64,000 nt of DNA from the human T2T-CHM13v2.0 reference genome, Homo sapiens: NCBI RefSeq assembly GCF_009914755.1, contig NC_060944.1, one strand, 5' to 3'. Positions within the stretch are counted from its first letter, which is position 1. Each line of letters begins with the position of its first letter. The position numbers and the translations under genes are program-made. Shown here piece by piece: positions 62,336-64,000 of this stretch. The notes below the pieces were generated by a model, which was not told the DNA's origin, ran no database searches, and worked only from the letters and a program-made list of their open reading frames with translations.

Positions 62336-62642
62336 TTTTTTATTTATTTATTTATTTTTTGATACGGAGTTTCGCTCTTGTTGCCCCAGCTGCAGTGTAA
62401 TGGCACAATCTCGGTTCACTGCAAACTTTAGCTCCCAGGTTCAAGCTATTCTCCTGCCTCAGCCTCCCAAGTAGCTGGGATTACAGGTATGCGCCACCAC
62501 GCCCAGCTAATTTTGTATTTTTAGTAGAGACAGGGTTTCTCCATGCTGGTCAGGCTGGTCTCGAATTCCCAACCTCAGGTGATCCGCCCGCCTCGGCCTC
62601 CCAAAGTGCTGGGATTACAGGCATGAGCCACGGCACCCAGCC
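62336..62642 (-). mobile_element. Full-length Alu (AluSp/Sq-like)
   Basis: GTTTCGCTCTTGTTGCCC diagnostic; AATACT.TTTT flanks both sides. Confidence 0.96.
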
Positions 62643-62669
62643 AATACTATTTTTATTTAAATCCAATAG

Positions 62670-63003
<334 letters not shown>

Positions 63004-63739
63004 TAAAGAATTATTAAAGAGTGATTTTACTCTCCCTTTTTTCTACTAAGTCTTTAAAATCTAGTGTTTGTTTTACACTTATAGACCATCTCAATCAGAC
63101 ACTAAATTTTTATCAGAAATCCTTGATTGTATTTAGATTTAATAAAATGTAGAGTAAAAAAGTATATTGTCACCCAAATTGTTTCAAACAAACTTGAAAG
63201 TTTTTAATAATGGAAATGGGTATTGGTTTTAAATTTTTAAGACAATACAATAAAACCCTCTGTGCCAAATCCCCCACAGAGTCATGGCATTGGGGTTTCG
63301 AAGGCCTCATTGCTGGCCCCCACCTGCAGGCATCCCTTCTGGGTTGACAGCCACGAGATGAGTGTTATCAGTGTCTGTGGGAGAAGCAGGGGCTCTGAGG
63401 TTGGGCGAGCGAAGGATCAGGTGGGCACTGCACACCGAGGGCACAAGAGCCTGGGAAGCCCCACCATGAGGGGCGGACTTGACTGAGCCCAGGCGTCCAG
63501 GCCCTTGTGGGCACAGAGTCTCCTCCCCAGGAGGCTGTTAGCACTCGGGGGGCGGGGGGCTCTGCTCGCCCTAGACCCCTCTTCTGGACAGATGGCAGCA
63601 CCATGCCCCTCCCAAGCCCCATACCCCTGTGCAAGCCCTGCCTGCTGCCCGGAGGACCCATGCAAAAGCCGTCACCGCCCACGTCCAGGCCTGGGGGTGG
63701 GGGGAAGAGCACTCAAGTGCAAGAGGCAGACCCTGTGCC

Positions 63740-63972
63740 CCCACCCCTCCGGTGCCTCCCTCACCCCTCCTGTGCCTCCCCTACCCTCCCGTGCCTCCCC
63801 CACCCCTCCCGTGCCTCCCCCTCCACTCCTCCCATGCCTCCCCCCACCCCTCCCGTGCCTCCCCCTCCACCCCTCCCGTGCCTCCCCCACCCCTCCCGTG
63901 CCTCCCCCTCCACCCCTCCCGTGCCTCCCCCTCCACCCCTCCCGTGCCTCCCCCTCCACCCCTCCCGTGCCT
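63740..63972. repeat. C-rich 20-23 bp minisatellite (CCCCTCCCGTGCCTCCCCCTCCA)
   Basis: About 11 units. Confidence 0.95.
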
Positions 63973-64000
63973 CCGCTGCCCTGGGGTCGCAGCCTGGCAG

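Overview
Human (primate) GC-rich, gene-poor subtelomeric DNA. I recognise it as chr20q13.33, roughly GRCh38 chr20:62.56-62.62 Mb; that position is from memory of the MIR133A2 locus, not computed. The window holds the complete miR-133a-2 hairpin (7437-7538) and the last two exons of its host gene MIR1-1HG (formerly C20orf166): exon 7514-7625 and terminal exon 12971-~13290, with AATAAA at 13267. miR-1-1 and the upstream exons lie before base 1. The remaining ~50 kb is intergenic: Alu, L1, L2, MIR, LTR and hAT relics plus about 20 micro/minisatellites. Nearly all ORFs in the track are GC-rich or low-complexity artefacts. The most interesting structure is a possible regulatory module for miR-133a-2 alone: (i) an intronic muscle-type promoter (E-boxes, CArG-like box, GC box, MEF2/TATA) at ~1.26-1.6 kb; (ii) a six-site GATA island at 2.6-3.1 kb; (iii) a host-gene 3' splice site inside mature miR-133a-3p, with a tandem AG 6 nt further on; (iv) a perfect CTCF core in the CpG-rich exon just downstream. 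Several minisatellites also multimerise single transcription-factor motifs (RBPJ, MiT-TFE/USF, HIF, CACCTG), and there are clear rearrangement scars. The motifs are read directly from the sequence; their function is inference. Repeat subfamily names come from recalled consensus sequences and their boundaries are approximate.
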